64,000 bases of DNA from positions 23,930 to 87,929 of the forward strand of contig JBBRSN010000001.1 in assembly GCA_038245375.1 (NCBI GenBank), given 5' to 3'. The notes beneath the pieces are model-generated. The model was not told where the DNA came from, made no database searches, and was given only the letters and a program-made list of their open reading frames with translations. Origin of the DNA: Sphingomonadales bacterium (GTDB taxonomy: Bacteria; Pseudomonadota; Alphaproteobacteria; Sphingomonadales; Sphingomonadaceae). Made by a program: the position numbers and the translations under genes. Positions 43,677 through 55,650 of this stretch are shown piece after piece. How positions within the stretch are numbered: position 1 is the first letter of the stretch; every line of letters begins with the position of its first letter.

Positions 43677-44681
43677 ATGTCCGCACTTGCCCCGCACCCG
43701 TCTTTATCGTTGCTAGCGCATGTTCGCGGGATCGAGGATTACTGGTCGCGACGGACCGGTCGGGCGCACGATCGCCCGCCAAGTGCGATGGCCGACCGCA
43801 TGCTGCTCGACGCGCTCGGGCTGGGGATCGAGCAGACCTGTACCTATCTGATGCACACGCGGCCGGATTATCCGGCGTTCGAGGCGTGGGTATTCGAGAC
43901 GGTCGGCGAACCCGATGCGGATCTGGTCGATCGCTATAATGCGTGGTTCGATGGGGCGGCGCAGCCCGAGGCGACGCGCCGCCGGCTCGCCGCGATCGAT
44001 GCGATGCCGCCGGTGCTGGATGCCACGGATCTCGCCCATTGGGACGAACATGGCTTCGTCGTATTGCGCGCTGCGGTCGACCGGGACCAGGCGGCCGCAC
44101 TCGAGGCGCTGCTGTGGCGGACGATCGATGCGCGGCCGGATGATCCCGCGAGCTGGTATGGGCCGCGCACCAACGGCATCATGATCCAGCATTTTCAGCA
44201 CCCGGCGCAGGAGGTGGTGCGGCGCTCGGCCCGCGTGCACAAGGCGTTCGCGCAATTATGGGGCAGCAGCGATCTGTGGTCGAGCACCGACCGGATGAGC
44301 TTCAACCCGCCCGAAGTGCCCGGCAAACGCTTCCCCGGCCCGCACCTGCACTGGGACGTCAGCGTTGCCCAGCCGATCCCGTTCGGCACGCAGGGCATTC
44401 TCTACATGACCGACACGGCGGCCGACCAGGGTGCGTTGCAACTCGTGCCGGGCTTCCATCACCGTGCCGCTGCGTGGCTCGACGCACTGGGCGATGCCGA
44501 TCCACGTCTGGTCGACCTGAGTGGCGAGGCGATCACCGTGGCGGGAAATGCGGGCGACCTGGTGATCTGGCGCTACGACCTGCCGCACGGCGCCAGCGCG
44601 AACCGCGCCGAGCGACCCCGCATGGCGCAATATGCCAATATGTATTCGCCCGATTGGGTCGAGAATGCCGTATGGCGATGA
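43677..44681 (+). CDS. Phytanoyl-CoA dioxygenase (PhyH)-family Fe(II)/2-oxoglutarate oxygenase
   Basis: WDEHGFVVLR, HLHWDV (HxD), LVPGFH, GDLVIWRYDLPHGAS.N. Has a roughly 120-aa N-terminal extension. Confidence 0.78.
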   Translation: MSALAPHPSLSLLAHVRGIEDYWSRRTGRAHDRPPSAMADRMLLDALGLGIEQTCTYLMHTRPDYPAFEAWVFETVGEPDADLVDRYNAWFDGAAQPEATRRRLAAIDAMPPVLDATDLAHWDEHGFVVLRAAVDRDQAAALEALLWRTIDARPDDPASWYGPRTNGIMIQHFQHPAQEVVRRSARVHKAFAQLWGSSDLWSSTDRMSFNPPEVPGKRFPGPHLHWDVSVAQPIPFGTQGILYMTDTAADQGALQLVPGFHHRAAAWLDALGDADPRLVDLSGEAITVAGNAGDLVIWRYDLPHGASANRAERPRMAQYANMYSPDWVENAVWR

Positions 44682-44725
44682 ACGCCGCACTTGCGCGCCG
44701 CCCGTTCCAGCGGGATTGATGGAGA

Positions 44726-44974
44726 ATGGTAATGAAGCGTTTGTGGATTGGTTTCGGGATCGCTCTGGCGACAACCGGCTGTTCGAGCCATCAGACGGCG
44801 AGCGCCAACAGCGACGAAACGATTCAGACCACGGCGATCGCCAATATCGTCGCGGCCATGCCGACTCCGGTGCCGACGCCGGATGCCAATGCCACCGCTG
44901 ACGCAGGACCGGAGGATGGCGCGGCACCGAGTGACTTGTCGAACATGGTGACCAACATCACCTCGCAGGACTGA
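44726..44974 (+). CDS. Small lipoprotein, 82 aa
   Basis: MKRLWIGFGIALATTGC lipobox followed by a low-complexity tail. Confidence 0.5.
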   Translation: MVMKRLWIGFGIALATTGCSSHQTASANSDETIQTTAIANIVAAMPTPVPTPDANATADAGPEDGAAPSDLSNMVTNITSQD

Positions 44975-45052
44975 ACGCATGGCAATGCCTGCTTGGGCGG
45001 CGTGCAGTAGCGGTTGCTTGCAGCGGCGGTTGTCGCGGGCCATTGCGCGGTG

Positions 45053-46045
45053 ATGACGACGATTCATGATACGCTGGCGTTGATCGGCAATACGCCGCTG
45101 GTGCGCCTCAAAGGGCCGAGCGAGGCGACCGGCGCCGAGATTTACGGCAAGTGCGAGTTTGCCAACCCGGGGGCTTCGGTCAAGGATCGCGCCGCGCTGT
45201 TCATCGTCGAGGATGCCGAAGCCAGGGGCCAGTTGGCGCCGGGCGGCACGATCGTCGAGGGGACGGCCGGCAATACCGGCATCGGCCTCGCGCTGGTCGG
45301 CAACGCCAAGGGCTACAAGACGATCATCGTCATGCCCGAGACGCAGAGCCGCGAGAAGATGGACACCTTGCGCGCACTCGGTGCCGAGCTCGTGCTGGTG
45401 CCGGCGGCGCCCTATTCGAACCCTGCACATTTCGTCCACACATCACGCCGCATTGCCGAGGAAACCCCGGGCGCGATCTGGGCCAACCAGTTCGACAATA
45501 TCGCCAACCGCCGCGCCCATATCGTCGGGACGGCGGAGGAAATCTGGGCCCAGCTCGATGGCCGGATCGATGGCTTTACCTGCGCGGTCGGCACCGGCGG
45601 GACGCTGGCTGGCGTCGGCCTGGGTCTCAAGGCCAGGGATGAGAAGGTGACCATCGCGCTGAGCGATCCGCACGGTGCCGCGTTGTACAATTATTATGCC
45701 TGTGGTGAGCTCAGGGCGGAAGGCAGTTCGGTCGCCGAGGGAATCGGGCAGGGGCGTATCACCGCCAATCTCGAGGGCGCGCCGATCGACACCCAGTTCC
45801 GCATTTCCGACGAGGAGGGGCTGGAATGGGTCCGCCGGCTGCTCGCCGAAGAAGGGCTGTGCCTCGGACTCTCGTCCGGCATCAATGTTGCCGGGGCGGT
45901 GCGGCTGGCGCGGCAGATCGGCGCGGGCGCTCGCGTCGCGACGATCCTGTGCGATACCGGCTTCCGATACCTCTCGACGCTGTACAATCGCGCCTGGCTC
46001 GAACAGAAAGGCCTGACCGTCCCGTCCTGGCTCATGCGCGATTAG
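45053..46045 (+). CDS. PLP-dependent cysteine synthase/cystathionine beta-synthase-family enzyme
   Basis: Start MTTIHDTLALIGNTPLV. PLP-lysine motif NPGASVKDRAA. GTAGNTGIGLA. Confidence 0.88.
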   Translation: MTTIHDTLALIGNTPLVRLKGPSEATGAEIYGKCEFANPGASVKDRAALFIVEDAEARGQLAPGGTIVEGTAGNTGIGLALVGNAKGYKTIIVMPETQSREKMDTLRALGAELVLVPAAPYSNPAHFVHTSRRIAEETPGAIWANQFDNIANRRAHIVGTAEEIWAQLDGRIDGFTCAVGTGGTLAGVGLGLKARDEKVTIALSDPHGAALYNYYACGELRAEGSSVAEGIGQGRITANLEGAPIDTQFRISDEEGLEWVRRLLAEEGLCLGLSSGINVAGAVRLARQIGAGARVATILCDTGFRYLSTLYNRAWLEQKGLTVPSWLMRD

Positions 46046-46081
46046 CCTGCGCCGAGCCGTGCCATCGACAAGACGGTCGGC

Positions 46082-46408
46082 ATGCGTTACATTTGTGCCA
46101 CAGTGACAATGATGATCGAACAGGATCAGGGCCAGACGTCGCAACGCGTGAAGGTCGGTATGATCGGCCTTGCCGCGGTGCTGCTGCTCATTGGCCTTGC
46201 CGCAGCGGTGTTCAGCACAGCGAGCCGCGAACGACCGGCAGCGGTGGCCGGCGGGGTGCGCGCGGATGTCGTCGCCAATCTCGTCGCGGGCAATCAGACG
46301 ATGCCGGGCACAGCGGCCACCAGCGAACCGCTGGCCGATATGGGTGTCGCGCCGAGCGCGTCGGCCGACAACGGTAGCCTCGCACGACCGCAACGCGCGC
46401 CGCGCTGA
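46082..46408 (+). CDS. Hypothetical single-TM protein
   Basis: One hydrophobic helix (VGMIGLAAVLLLIGLAAAVF). Start uncertain (an ATG near 46109 is possible). No family recognised. Confidence 0.4.
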   Translation: MRYICATVTMMIEQDQGQTSQRVKVGMIGLAAVLLLIGLAAAVFSTASRERPAAVAGGVRADVVANLVAGNQTMPGTAATSEPLADMGVAPSASADNGSLARPQRAPR

Positions 46409-46693
46409 CGCGCGCCGCGCCAAAGGACTCGATCATGGGGATTCTTGGGGAAATCACGGGCCGACCATGGAGTCGCCCGGGATTTGGGCGGGATTCGCGG
46501 GGCAGCAACACGAACATACTAGGAACACGTAGAAATGCCGGTGAGAAAAACCGACGGCAAACGAGGCTTATAGTAAACCAACCCTTAAAATCCCCGCTAA
46601 TCCCCTTGTGTCCCTGACCCTCCCGCGCTACGCCCATCAATATTGAGGGGCAGACTCAACGTGCCTGCGTGAAAGCAGCGCCTGAGGGCGGCG

Positions 46694-47230
46694 ATGGCCG
46701 CTTTTCGGGACAGGTTCGTTGTGTCCGCAGCCATTGGGACAGACGTTGTGACAAGGGGCATTTACAAGGGAGCGGCGTTGCAGCTTGTCGATGACAAGCT
46801 CCGCGTTGCCATCCCTGCCTCGCTTCGCAACACCATCATCGCCAATTCGCCCGAAGGCGACATGCGGGTCACTATCGCAGTGCACCCGGAGGGCGATTGC
46901 CTGGTTGGCTACGACCTTCCCTGGGGTATCGAACTCAACGCGCGCGCCAATGCCCGGGATGCCGTGCACGCCGATGCGAACGGCGAGATCGATTACAGCT
47001 ACAAGCGTCGCGTCGCCAATGGCGAGGACCTGCCGTTCGATCCCAGCGGTCGGTTCATCATGCACGGCTTCCACAAGAAGAAGGCCGGAATCGGCAAATA
47101 CGCCTATTTCTATGGCCAGTGGGACCATTTCGAGATCTGGGACCCTGCGACGCTGCTGGCGGCGCAGGCAACCGGCACGATGCGCGACAATCTCGAATAT
47201 CTGCTCGATGAAAAGGGGATCGTGCTGTGA
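46694..47230 (+). CDS. mraZ: Transcriptional regulator MraZ (long alphaproteobacterial form)
   Basis: First gene of the dcw cluster. [14 protein letters not shown] and a second [10 protein letters not shown] half-motif. The start could be an internal GTG near 46748. Confidence 0.78.
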   Translation: MAAFRDRFVVSAAIGTDVVTRGIYKGAALQLVDDKLRVAIPASLRNTIIANSPEGDMRVTIAVHPEGDCLVGYDLPWGIELNARANARDAVHADANGEIDYSYKRRVANGEDLPFDPSGRFIMHGFHKKKAGIGKYAYFYGQWDHFEIWDPATLLAAQATGTMRDNLEYLLDEKGIVL

Positions 47231-48183
47231 GCGATCCCGTCACCCCACCGCATATCCCTGTGTTGCTCGATGAAGTCGTCGACGCGCTCGCCGTCCGCGC
47301 GGGCGAGCGTCATGTCGACGCGACCTTCGGTGCCGGGGGCTATACGCGGGCGCTGCTCTCCCTTGGCGCCCGCGTATTCGCTTTCGATCGCGACCCCGAT
47401 GCGATCGCCGTCGGCGCGGCGCTGGCGGAGGCGAGCGACGGTGCGCTGACGCTGGTGACGGCACCGTTCTCGACGATGGAGAGCGAACTCGCTGCCATCG
47501 ACGCGCTGCCCGTCGATGGCGTGACGATGGATATCGGCGTGTCGTCGATGCAGCTCGACCAGGCCGAGCGCGGCTTCTCGTTCCAGTCGGACGGCCCGCT
47601 CGACATGCGGATGAGCCAGGAAGGCGAGAGTGCGGCGGATTTCGTCAATCATGCCGATGAGGCCGTGATCGCCGATGTGCTGTACGAATATGGCGAGGAG
47701 CACCGCTCGCGGCGTGTCGCGCGGGCGATCGTCGCAGCGCGGCCGATCACCCGGACCGGCGAACTGGCCCGCGTCATTCGCAAGGCGCTGGGGCACAAGC
47801 CGCACGACAAAAAGGATCCGGCGACCCGCGCGTTCCAGGCGATCCGCATTCATGTGAACCGCGAACTGGGCGAATTGTCCGACGGGCTGGCGGCGGCCGA
47901 GCGCGTGCTCGCGCCGGGCGGGCGCCTCGCGGTCGTTACCTTTCACTCGCTGGAGGACCGCCTCGTCAAGCGCTTTCTGCGCGAGCGCAGCGGCGGGACG
48001 CCGGCGGGTTCGCGGCACCTGCCCGACGTCACGGCGCCCGCCGCGCCGAGTTTCGAACTGATTGGCAAGGCGGTGCGTGCCGGCGACGCCGAGGTCGCGC
48101 GCAACCCGCGGGCGCGGTCGGCGACGCTACGGACCGCGCGGCGCACCGCTGCGCCGGCGTGGATTTTTGAGGGGGCGATGTGA
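47227..48183 (+). CDS. rsmH: 16S rRNA (cytosine1402-N4)-methyltransferase
   Basis: [55 protein letters not shown]. Confidence 0.93.
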   Translation: MSDPVTPPHIPVLLDEVVDALAVRAGERHVDATFGAGGYTRALLSLGARVFAFDRDPDAIAVGAALAEASDGALTLVTAPFSTMESELAAIDALPVDGVTMDIGVSSMQLDQAERGFSFQSDGPLDMRMSQEGESAADFVNHADEAVIADVLYEYGEEHRSRRVARAIVAARPITRTGELARVIRKALGHKPHDKKDPATRAFQAIRIHVNRELGELSDGLAAAERVLAPGGRLAVVTFHSLEDRLVKRFLRERSGGTPAGSRHLPDVTAPAAPSFELIGKAVRAGDAEVARNPRARSATLRTARRTAAPAWIFEGAM

Positions 48184-48758
48184 TGCTTGCTTATGCGTGG
48201 AAGAGTCTTGGCTGGTTTACCGCGATCGTCGCGGTGGCGCTTGGCTTCCTGCTGGTGCCATTGCAGGTCGCGGCCGAGCGCAAGAAGCTGGACAAGGCGA
48301 CGGCGCAGATCGTCGCCGCGCACCGCGACATCCGTGCGCTGGAAACCGAGTTCGACACGCGCGCCAACCTTGCGCAGCTCGAGCAGTGGAACGGCGACAC
48401 GCTCCGCCTGACCGCTCCGGTTTCGGGCCAGTATGTTACCGACGAGGCCGCGCTGGCCAGTATCGACTTGCGCGAGCCCCAGGCACAGGCCGGCCAGCAG
48501 ATGGCGTCATTGGTCGTGCCGTCGCGACCGACCGGTCTCGCAACCGTGCAGGCGGTGACGCCGGCGGTACGCATCCTGCCGCCGGTCGCCACGCCCGAGC
48601 CGAGCCTTGCGACGGCGGTCGGCGATGTGCGGACTGCGGTAGTCCAGCGCGGCAAGGCCCAGGCCGTTGCGTTACTCGACCGCAAATTGCTCAGCGATTC
48701 GACGATCGGTGACCTGATGAGCAGCGCCCGCGCCGAAACCGGAGGCGCCGCGCGGTGA
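48180..48758 (+). CDS. ftsL: Cell division protein FtsL (alphaproteobacterial type)
   Basis: Position between rsmH and ftsI. Single TM segment followed by a coiled-coil segment ([28 protein letters not shown]). Confidence 0.75.
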   Translation: MMLAYAWKSLGWFTAIVAVALGFLLVPLQVAAERKKLDKATAQIVAAHRDIRALETEFDTRANLAQLEQWNGDTLRLTAPVSGQYVTDEAALASIDLREPQAQAGQQMASLVVPSRPTGLATVQAVTPAVRILPPVATPEPSLATAVGDVRTAVVQRGKAQAVALLDRKLLSDSTIGDLMSSARAETGGAAR

Positions 48759-50497
48759 CCGCAACGGTCGCGCTTCCTCAGCCGCAGCGCCGCATGGGTG
48801 GCCAGCGCCAGGCGCTGATCGCCGTGGCGCATGTGCGGCTGATGATGCTGATGCTGCTGATCGGCGCCGGTTTCCTGCTGGTCGTGGCCCGGATCGCAAT
48901 GCTCGGACTGCTTGGGTCGCCGGCCAATGCCGCGACGATCACAGCCGGACTGATGCAGCGCGCCGACATCGTCGATCGCAACGGGTCGCCCCTGGCGCGG
49001 ACCATCGCTGCCTGGACGATCGGTATCCACCCGCGCGAGGTGATCGGCGACCGTCACGCGATCGCCCGCCAGTTGGCGGCGGCGATGCCGGGGCAGAGCG
49101 AGGATTATTACTACTCCCAGCTGACGCGCGATCTGCCCTTTACCTATCTCGATCGCCACGCCTCGCCGGCGACCGTCAACCGCGTCCATGTCATCGGCGA
49201 GCCGGCGATCGTGTTCGCGCAGGAGGCCGAGCGGCTCTATCCGCAATCGACGCTGGCGGCGCACGTGCTCGGTTATGTCGCGTCGACCGATAGCGACCCG
49301 CACGTCATCGGTCGGGCCGGGATGGAGCGCGCTTTCGATGGGCAACTGAGCAATCCGGTGCACGGCGCAGCGCTCGCATTGTCGATCGACAGCCGCGTGC
49401 AGGCGGCGGTCGAGAGCGAACTCGGCCGCGCGATGGTCGACTTCAAGGCCAAGGCAGCGACCGGTATCGTGCTCGACGTCGACACCGGCGAAGTCATCGC
49501 GATGGTCTCGCTGCCGGTCTACAACCCCAACAAATTGAAGGGTACAAGCTCGGAGGCACTGCGCAACAATGTGACGCAGTCGGTCTATGAACTGGGCTCG
49601 ACCTTCAAGCCGATCACCATGGCTGCCGCGATCAACGACGGCGTCGTCACCTCAATGGCCCGCCGCTTCGACGCCACGGTTCCATTGCAGGTCGGCCGCT
49701 TCACGATCCATGACGATCGTGGCGACGAGCAGCGCCGCTGGCTCAACATCCCCGAGACACTGGTCTATTCGTCCAACATCGCGACCGCGCGGATTGCCGA
49801 CGAACTCGGTCAGCAGCGGCTTTCCGCGATGTTCCGGTCACTCGGCTTCGATACAAGGCCGGCGATCGAGCTGAAGGAAAAGGCCCGGCCGCTCTGGCCG
49901 ACCTACTGGGCGCGTACGACGGTTATGACCACCGCCTATGGCCACGGCATCGCCGTAACGCCGCTGCAACTCGCCAATGCCTATGCGGCGCTGGTCAATG
50001 GTGGCATCTGGCGGCCGACCACCTTGCTCAAGGTCGCGCCTGGCACGGTCCCGGCCGGTCGGCGCGTGATCACCGAGGCGACCAGCGCGCGGATGCGCCA
50101 GTTGCTGCGGCTCGTCGTGCTGAAGGGCACCGGGCGCAAGGCCGATGTTCCCGGTTATCGCGTCGGCGGCAAGACCGGCACGGCGGAAGTTGCCGGAGCT
50201 GGCGGCTATTCGAAAAAGACCAACGTCTCGACCTTCGCCTGCGCTTTTCCGATGGATCATCCGCGCTACGTTGTCGTCGCGATGCTCGATTCGCCGATCG
50301 GCAATGCCGAATCCTTCGGCCTGACGACGGCGGCGTGGACCGTGGCACCGGTCGTGAACCGCGTCATCGCGCGGACCGGCGCGATGCTCGGCGTGTTACC
50401 CGACGACAAGCGTGACGTCGATGTATCTGAGCTGCTCCCGCTGCTATGGCAGGCTCCGGGCGACCAGAAAGACAAGAAAATGGCCAGCGAGGAATGA
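48755..50497 (+). CDS. ftsI: Peptidoglycan D,D-transpeptidase FtsI (PBP3)
   Basis: STFKP (SxxK), YSSN (SxN), KTGT (KTG). N-terminal TM segment. Confidence 0.92.
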   Translation: MTATVALPQPQRRMGGQRQALIAVAHVRLMMLMLLIGAGFLLVVARIAMLGLLGSPANAATITAGLMQRADIVDRNGSPLARTIAAWTIGIHPREVIGDRHAIARQLAAAMPGQSEDYYYSQLTRDLPFTYLDRHASPATVNRVHVIGEPAIVFAQEAERLYPQSTLAAHVLGYVASTDSDPHVIGRAGMERAFDGQLSNPVHGAALALSIDSRVQAAVESELGRAMVDFKAKAATGIVLDVDTGEVIAMVSLPVYNPNKLKGTSSEALRNNVTQSVYELGSTFKPITMAAAINDGVVTSMARRFDATVPLQVGRFTIHDDRGDEQRRWLNIPETLVYSSNIATARIADELGQQRLSAMFRSLGFDTRPAIELKEKARPLWPTYWARTTVMTTAYGHGIAVTPLQLANAYAALVNGGIWRPTTLLKVAPGTVPAGRRVITEATSARMRQLLRLVVLKGTGRKADVPGYRVGGKTGTAEVAGAGGYSKKTNVSTFACAFPMDHPRYVVVAMLDSPIGNAESFGLTTAAWTVAPVVNRVIARTGAMLGVLPDDKRDVDVSELLPLLWQAPGDQKDKKMASEE

Positions 50498-51921
50498 AGC
50501 TATCCGCGTTGACCGGCGGGTCCGAGCGCGCGACCATCACCGGCTTCGCGATTGACCACCGCAAGGTGGCGCCGGGCACGGTATTCGGTGCCTTCGAAGG
50601 CACGCGCGTCAACGGCGAGGATTTCATTGCGGCGGCGGTCGCGGCCGGTGCCGTCGCCGTCGTCGCGCGGCCGCAGGCCAGCGTTATTGGCGCGGTGCAT
50701 ATTGCCGATGCGCATCCGCGTGAACGCTTCGCCCGACTGGCGGCATCATTCTTCGCGCCTTTTCCGGACATCGCTGTCGCGGTGACCGGGACCAACGGCA
50801 AGACCTCGACCGTCGAGATGACGCGCCAATTGTGGCGCATGGCCGGCTTTCATGCAGCGTCGATCGGCACGCTCGGCGTGACCACCGGCGACGACCGCGT
50901 CACCACCGGCCTGACCACGCCCGATGTCGTGACTTTCCTGTCCAATGCCGCCGGGCTGGCGCGCGAGGGCGTCACGCACCTCGCCTTCGAGGCGTCGAGC
51001 CACGGCCTGTCGCAATATCGCACCGAGGGCCTTCGCGTCGCTGCTGCCGCGTTCACCAATCTCAGTCGCGACCATCTCGATTATCACGGCGACATGGCAG
51101 CTTATTTTACCGCCAAGCTGCGGCTGTTCTCCGAGGTGCTGGCGCCCGACGGCACGGCGGTGGTGTGGGCCGACGACGTCGCGGCGGCGCGGGTCGTCGA
51201 TCTGGCGCGCGAGCGTGGCAACCGTCTGATCACCGTCGGCGAGCATGGCGACACGCTGCGCCTCGTTTCGCGTGAGCCGACCTTGCTCGGGCAGGGGCTG
51301 GTGATCGAAGCTGCGGGCAAGACCCACAAGGTCAACCTGCCGCTGATCGGTGCCTATCAGGCGGCCAACGCGCTGACCGCCGCCGGACTGGTCATCGCGA
51401 CCGGTGGCGACGTCGGTGCGACGATCGCTGCGCTCGCACGGTTGCAGCCGGTGCGCGGCCGGCTCGAGCGTGCGGTGATCGCGCTGAGCGGTGCGCCTGT
51501 CTATGTCGATTACGCCCACACGCCCGATGCGCTCGAGGCGGCGATCGCGGCGCTCGAGCCGCATGCCGGCGGGCGTTTGATCGTCGTGTTCGGCGCCGGC
51601 GGCGACCGCGACCGGGGCAAGCGCGAGGAAATGGGCAAGGTCGCCGCGGCGATGGCCGGCATGGCGATCGTCACCGACGACAATCCCCGTGGCGAAGAGC
51701 CCGCAGCGATCCGCGCGATGATCCTGAAGGGCGCGCCCGACGCCACCGAGATCGGTGATCGTCGCGCGGCGATCGGCGCCGCGATCGCGGCCGCCGGCCC
51801 CGACGATATCGTGCTGATCGCCGGCAAGGGACATGAACAGGGGCAGATCGTCGGCGATCTCGTCCTGCCGTTCGACGATGTCGGCGTCGCGCGGGAGATA
51901 GTCGCGGGAGGGGTCGCGTGA
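50494..51921 (+). CDS. murE: UDP-MurNAc-L-Ala-D-Glu:meso-DAP ligase
   Basis: GTNGKTS P-loop. DNPR motif (TDDNPRGEEP). ATGA overlap with ftsI. Confidence 0.93.
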   Translation: MKLSALTGGSERATITGFAIDHRKVAPGTVFGAFEGTRVNGEDFIAAAVAAGAVAVVARPQASVIGAVHIADAHPRERFARLAASFFAPFPDIAVAVTGTNGKTSTVEMTRQLWRMAGFHAASIGTLGVTTGDDRVTTGLTTPDVVTFLSNAAGLAREGVTHLAFEASSHGLSQYRTEGLRVAAAAFTNLSRDHLDYHGDMAAYFTAKLRLFSEVLAPDGTAVVWADDVAAARVVDLARERGNRLITVGEHGDTLRLVSREPTLLGQGLVIEAAGKTHKVNLPLIGAYQAANALTAAGLVIATGGDVGATIAALARLQPVRGRLERAVIALSGAPVYVDYAHTPDALEAAIAALEPHAGGRLIVVFGAGGDRDRGKREEMGKVAAAMAGMAIVTDDNPRGEEPAAIRAMILKGAPDATEIGDRRAAIGAAIAAAGPDDIVLIAGKGHEQGQIVGDLVLPFDDVGVAREIVAGGVA

Positions 51922-53291
51922 CGCTTTGGACTTCCGCCGACATTGCGAACGCCACACGGGGCATCGCGTCGACCGACTTCACCGCCTCGGGCGTGACGTT
52001 CGATTCGCGCGAGGTCGGCCCCGGCGATCTGTTCGTCGCGCTCAGCGGCGAGGCGACCGATGGCCATCGCTTTCTCGACGGCGCGTTCGGTCGTGGCGCG
52101 GCCGGCGCGATCGTCAGCAGCGCGACCGCGCATCCGCACGTGCTGGTGCCCGACACGATGGCAGCGCTGGAAGATCTCGCCCGTGCCGCCCGCGCGCGTA
52201 CCGCGGCGCGGATCATCGGCGTGACCGGATCGGTCGGCAAGACCGGGACCAAGGAGGCGCTGTTCGCCGCGCTCGATCGCTCGGCGCCGGGCAGGGCGCA
52301 CCGCTCGGTCAAGAGCTACAACAACCATACCGGGGTGCCGCTGAGCGTCGCGCGGATGCCGGCGGACAGCCGCTTCGCGGTGCTCGAAATGGGCATGAAT
52401 CATGCCGGCGAACTCACGCGGCTCACAACGCTCGTGCGTCCGCACGTTGCGATCGTTACCGCCATCGCCCCCGCCCATACCGCCTTCTTCCGCGACGAGA
52501 GCGCCATCGCCGATGCCAAGAGCGAGATCTTCACCGGGCTGGAACCGGGTGGCGTCGCGATCGTGCCGTTCGACAGTCCGCATCGCGATCGACTCGTCGC
52601 GGCGGCCACACCGCATGCCGCGCGCATCGTCACCTTCGGATCGGGCGACGGCGCCGACGTTCGCGCGATCGAGACGATGCGCCAGCAGGCCGGCGGCACC
52701 TTCGTTACCGCGCGGATCGGCGCGAAGGAGTTGAGTTTCACGATCAGCCAGGCCGGCGCGCACTGGGTATCGAACGCGCTGGCGGTGCTCGCGGCCGTCG
52801 ACGCGGTCGGCGGCGATCTCGCGCTCGCCGGGCTGGCGCTGGCCGAGCTGGGCGGGTTGGCCGGGCGCGGCGCTCGCTTCACGGTGACGGTCGACGACGG
52901 CGAGGCGCTGGTCATCGACGAGAGCTACAATGCCAACCCGTCATCGATGCGCGCGACGCTGGCCGTGCTCGCCACCGAGAAGGCCCCGCGCAAGCTCGCC
53001 GTGCTCGGCGAAATGCGCGAACTGGGCGCGGCCGGACCGGCCTATCACGCCGCGCTGGCCGAGCCGATCCTGGCGGCAGGCGTCGAACGGGTCATTCTCG
53101 TCGGTGAAGCGATGGCGCCGCTCGCCGTTGCGCTTGAGGGTGCCCTCGAATTCGTCCATGTGCCCGATGCCGCGCGTGCGCTCGCGTCGCTGCGTGCGAC
53201 GCTCGCGCCAGGGGACGCGGTCCTCATCAAGGGTTCGAACGGAGTCGGGCTTGCGGCGGTGGTCGCGGGTCTGCAAGGCGGGAAGCCATAA
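51918..53291 (+). CDS. murF: UDP-MurNAc-tripeptide:D-Ala-D-Ala ligase
   Basis: [13 protein letters not shown], and position in the cluster. Confidence 0.93.
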   Translation: MTLWTSADIANATRGIASTDFTASGVTFDSREVGPGDLFVALSGEATDGHRFLDGAFGRGAAGAIVSSATAHPHVLVPDTMAALEDLARAARARTAARIIGVTGSVGKTGTKEALFAALDRSAPGRAHRSVKSYNNHTGVPLSVARMPADSRFAVLEMGMNHAGELTRLTTLVRPHVAIVTAIAPAHTAFFRDESAIADAKSEIFTGLEPGGVAIVPFDSPHRDRLVAAATPHAARIVTFGSGDGADVRAIETMRQQAGGTFVTARIGAKELSFTISQAGAHWVSNALAVLAAVDAVGGDLALAGLALAELGGLAGRGARFTVTVDDGEALVIDESYNANPSSMRATLAVLATEKAPRKLAVLGEMRELGAAGPAYHAALAEPILAAGVERVILVGEAMAPLAVALEGALEFVHVPDAARALASLRATLAPGDAVLIKGSNGVGLAAVVAGLQGGKP

Positions 53292-54361
53292 TGCTGTATT
53301 TCATTGCTCAGCTGCTTGGCTTTCACGGGCTGCTCAACCTGTTCCGCTATCAGTCGTTCCGCATCGGCGGCGCGATCGCCACGGCGTTGTTCATCGGGCT
53401 GATCATCGGCCCGCGCTTCATCGGCTGGCTGCGCATTCGCCAGGGCAAGGGTCAGCCGATCCGCGCCGACGGACCGCAAACCCACCTCGCCAAGCGCGGC
53501 ACCCCGACCATGGGCGGCCTGATGATTCTCACCAGCCTGACGCTGGCGGTGATGCTGTGGATGAACCTCGACAATCCCTATGTCTGGGCGTGCATGTTCG
53601 TGACGCTCGGCTTCGGCGCGATCGGGTTCCTCGACGACTATGACAAGGTGCGCAAGGCGAGCACCAAGGGCGTGTCGGGTCGCACGCGGCTGGTCGGCGA
53701 GTTCCTGATCGCCGGGATCGCGGCGTGGATCATCAGCAGCGAGAACCACACCTACCTCTATCTCCCTTTCGTCAGCGGCTATTATTTCGACATCGGTTAT
53801 TTCTACATCGCCTTCGCCGCCTTCACGATCGTCGCGTTCGGCAACGCCGTGAACCTGACCGACGGGCTCGACGGCCTGGCGACGATGCCGGTGATCATCG
53901 CGTCGGTCGCGTTCCTGATCATCGTCTATCTCGTCGGCAACGCGAAGTTCGCGACCTATCTCGGCATTCCGCACGTCCCTGGCGCGGGTGAACTGGCGAT
54001 TTTTTGCGGCGCGATGATCGGGGCGGGGCTCGCCTTTCTGTGGTTCAACGCGCCCCCGGCGGCGGTGTTCATGGGCGACACCGGCAGCCTCGCGCTGGGC
54101 GGTGCGCTCGGTGCGATCGCCGTGACGGCGCACCACGAGATCGTGCTCGGCATCATCGGCGGGCTGTTCGTGATCGAGGCGCTGTCGGTGATCATCCAGG
54201 TGTTCTTCTACAAGCGTACCGGCAAGCGCGTGTTCCGCATGGCGCCGATCCATCATCATTTCGAACAGATCGGCTGGAGCGAACCCACTGTCGTAATCCG
54301 CTTCTGGATCATCGCGCTGGTGCTCGCTCTGGCCGGCCTGTCGACGCTGAAGCTGCGGTGA
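53291..54361 (+). CDS. mraY: Phospho-MurNAc-pentapeptide translocase
   Basis: [30 protein letters not shown]. Confidence 0.95.
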   Translation: MLYFIAQLLGFHGLLNLFRYQSFRIGGAIATALFIGLIIGPRFIGWLRIRQGKGQPIRADGPQTHLAKRGTPTMGGLMILTSLTLAVMLWMNLDNPYVWACMFVTLGFGAIGFLDDYDKVRKASTKGVSGRTRLVGEFLIAGIAAWIISSENHTYLYLPFVSGYYFDIGYFYIAFAAFTIVAFGNAVNLTDGLDGLATMPVIIASVAFLIIVYLVGNAKFATYLGIPHVPGAGELAIFCGAMIGAGLAFLWFNAPPAAVFMGDTGSLALGGALGAIAVTAHHEIVLGIIGGLFVIEALSVIIQVFFYKRTGKRVFRMAPIHHHFEQIGWSEPTVVIRFWIIALVLALAGLSTLKLR

Positions 54362-55650
54362 TCGTCTCGCCGCTCTGGCGCGGCAGACGCTACGCGGTGC
54401 TGGGGTTGGCGCGCTCCGGCGCGGCGGCTGTGCGCGCGCTGCTGGCGGGTGGGGCGGCGGTTACGGCGTGGGACAGCGACGAGACGAAGCGTGCCGCGTT
54501 CCTTCCCACGGAGGATCTCGTTCTGGCGGATCCCGAAACGATCGACCTGACCGGCTTTGACGGGCTCGTCGTATCGCCCGGCGTCCCGCTCAACCGCCAC
54601 CCGATCGCCACCCGTGCCCGTGCCGCAGGCGTGCCGATCATCGGCGACATCGAACTCTTCGCCCAGGCGCGCGCCGCGCTGCCGGCGCACAAGGTTGTCG
54701 GCGTCACCGGGACCAACGGAAAGTCGACCACCACCGCGCTGATCCACCACATCCTCGACAGCGCCGGCGTGCCGGCACGGATGGGCGGCAATATCGGTCT
54801 GCCGGTCCTCGGCCAGGATCCGCTCCCGCCGGGCGGGGTCTATGTGCTCGAACTATCGAGCTATCAGATCGACCTGACCTTCAGCCTCGACTGCGATGTC
54901 GCGGTGTTGCTCAACATCACTCCCGACCATCTCGATCGTTACGATGGCTTCGACGCTTACGCCGCCTCAAAGGCACGGCTGTTCGCGATGCAGTCGGGGC
55001 GACATGCCGCGATCGTCGGCATCGGCGATGCGCCCTCGGCGGCGATCGCGCGCAGCTTGTCGGCGCGCGGCGAGCATCTCACCAAGATCGCGCCGGGCGT
55101 GTGTATGGACCAGTCGGGCTGGCCCTCGCTGCAAGGGCCGCACAATGCCCAGAACGCGCTCGCCGCAATCGCCGCCTGCCAGGCACTCGGGGTGGCGGAA
55201 GCGGCGATCGATCGCGGGCTGGCGAGCTTTCGCGGCCTGCCGCACCGCATGGAGCGCGTTCGCGAACTGCGCGGCGTCGGCTATGTCGACGATTCAAAGG
55301 CAACCAACCCCGAATCGACCGCGCCGGCGCTCGCCGCCTTCGCGCGGATTCACTGGATCCTCGGCGGCCAGGCCAAGACCGACGATCTCGACGCCTGCGC
55401 GCCGTATTTCGGCCGCGTCGCGCGCGCCTATACGATCGGCGCGGCCGGCGCGCGTTTCGCTGCCTTGCTCGCGCCGCATATGCCGGTCGAGCACAGCGGC
55501 GACCTCGCCCATGCTGTGCACAGTGCCGCTGGCCAGGCAGTGGCGGGCGACACCGTCCTGCTGTCGCCGGCCTGCGCATCGTTCGACCAGTTCCGCGACT
55601 ATGAGGATCGCGGCAACCAGTTCCGCGCGCTGGCAAAGGCGCTGGCATGA
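54358..55650 (+). CDS. murD: UDP-MurNAc-L-Ala:D-Glu ligase
   Basis: GTG overlaps the mraY stop. [22 protein letters not shown]. Confidence 0.92.
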   Translation: MIVSPLWRGRRYAVLGLARSGAAAVRALLAGGAAVTAWDSDETKRAAFLPTEDLVLADPETIDLTGFDGLVVSPGVPLNRHPIATRARAAGVPIIGDIELFAQARAALPAHKVVGVTGTNGKSTTTALIHHILDSAGVPARMGGNIGLPVLGQDPLPPGGVYVLELSSYQIDLTFSLDCDVAVLLNITPDHLDRYDGFDAYAASKARLFAMQSGRHAAIVGIGDAPSAAIARSLSARGEHLTKIAPGVCMDQSGWPSLQGPHNAQNALAAIAACQALGVAEAAIDRGLASFRGLPHRMERVRELRGVGYVDDSKATNPESTAPALAAFARIHWILGGQAKTDDLDACAPYFGRVARAYTIGAAGARFAALLAPHMPVEHSGDLAHAVHSAAGQAVAGDTVLLSPACASFDQFRDYEDRGNQFRALAKALA

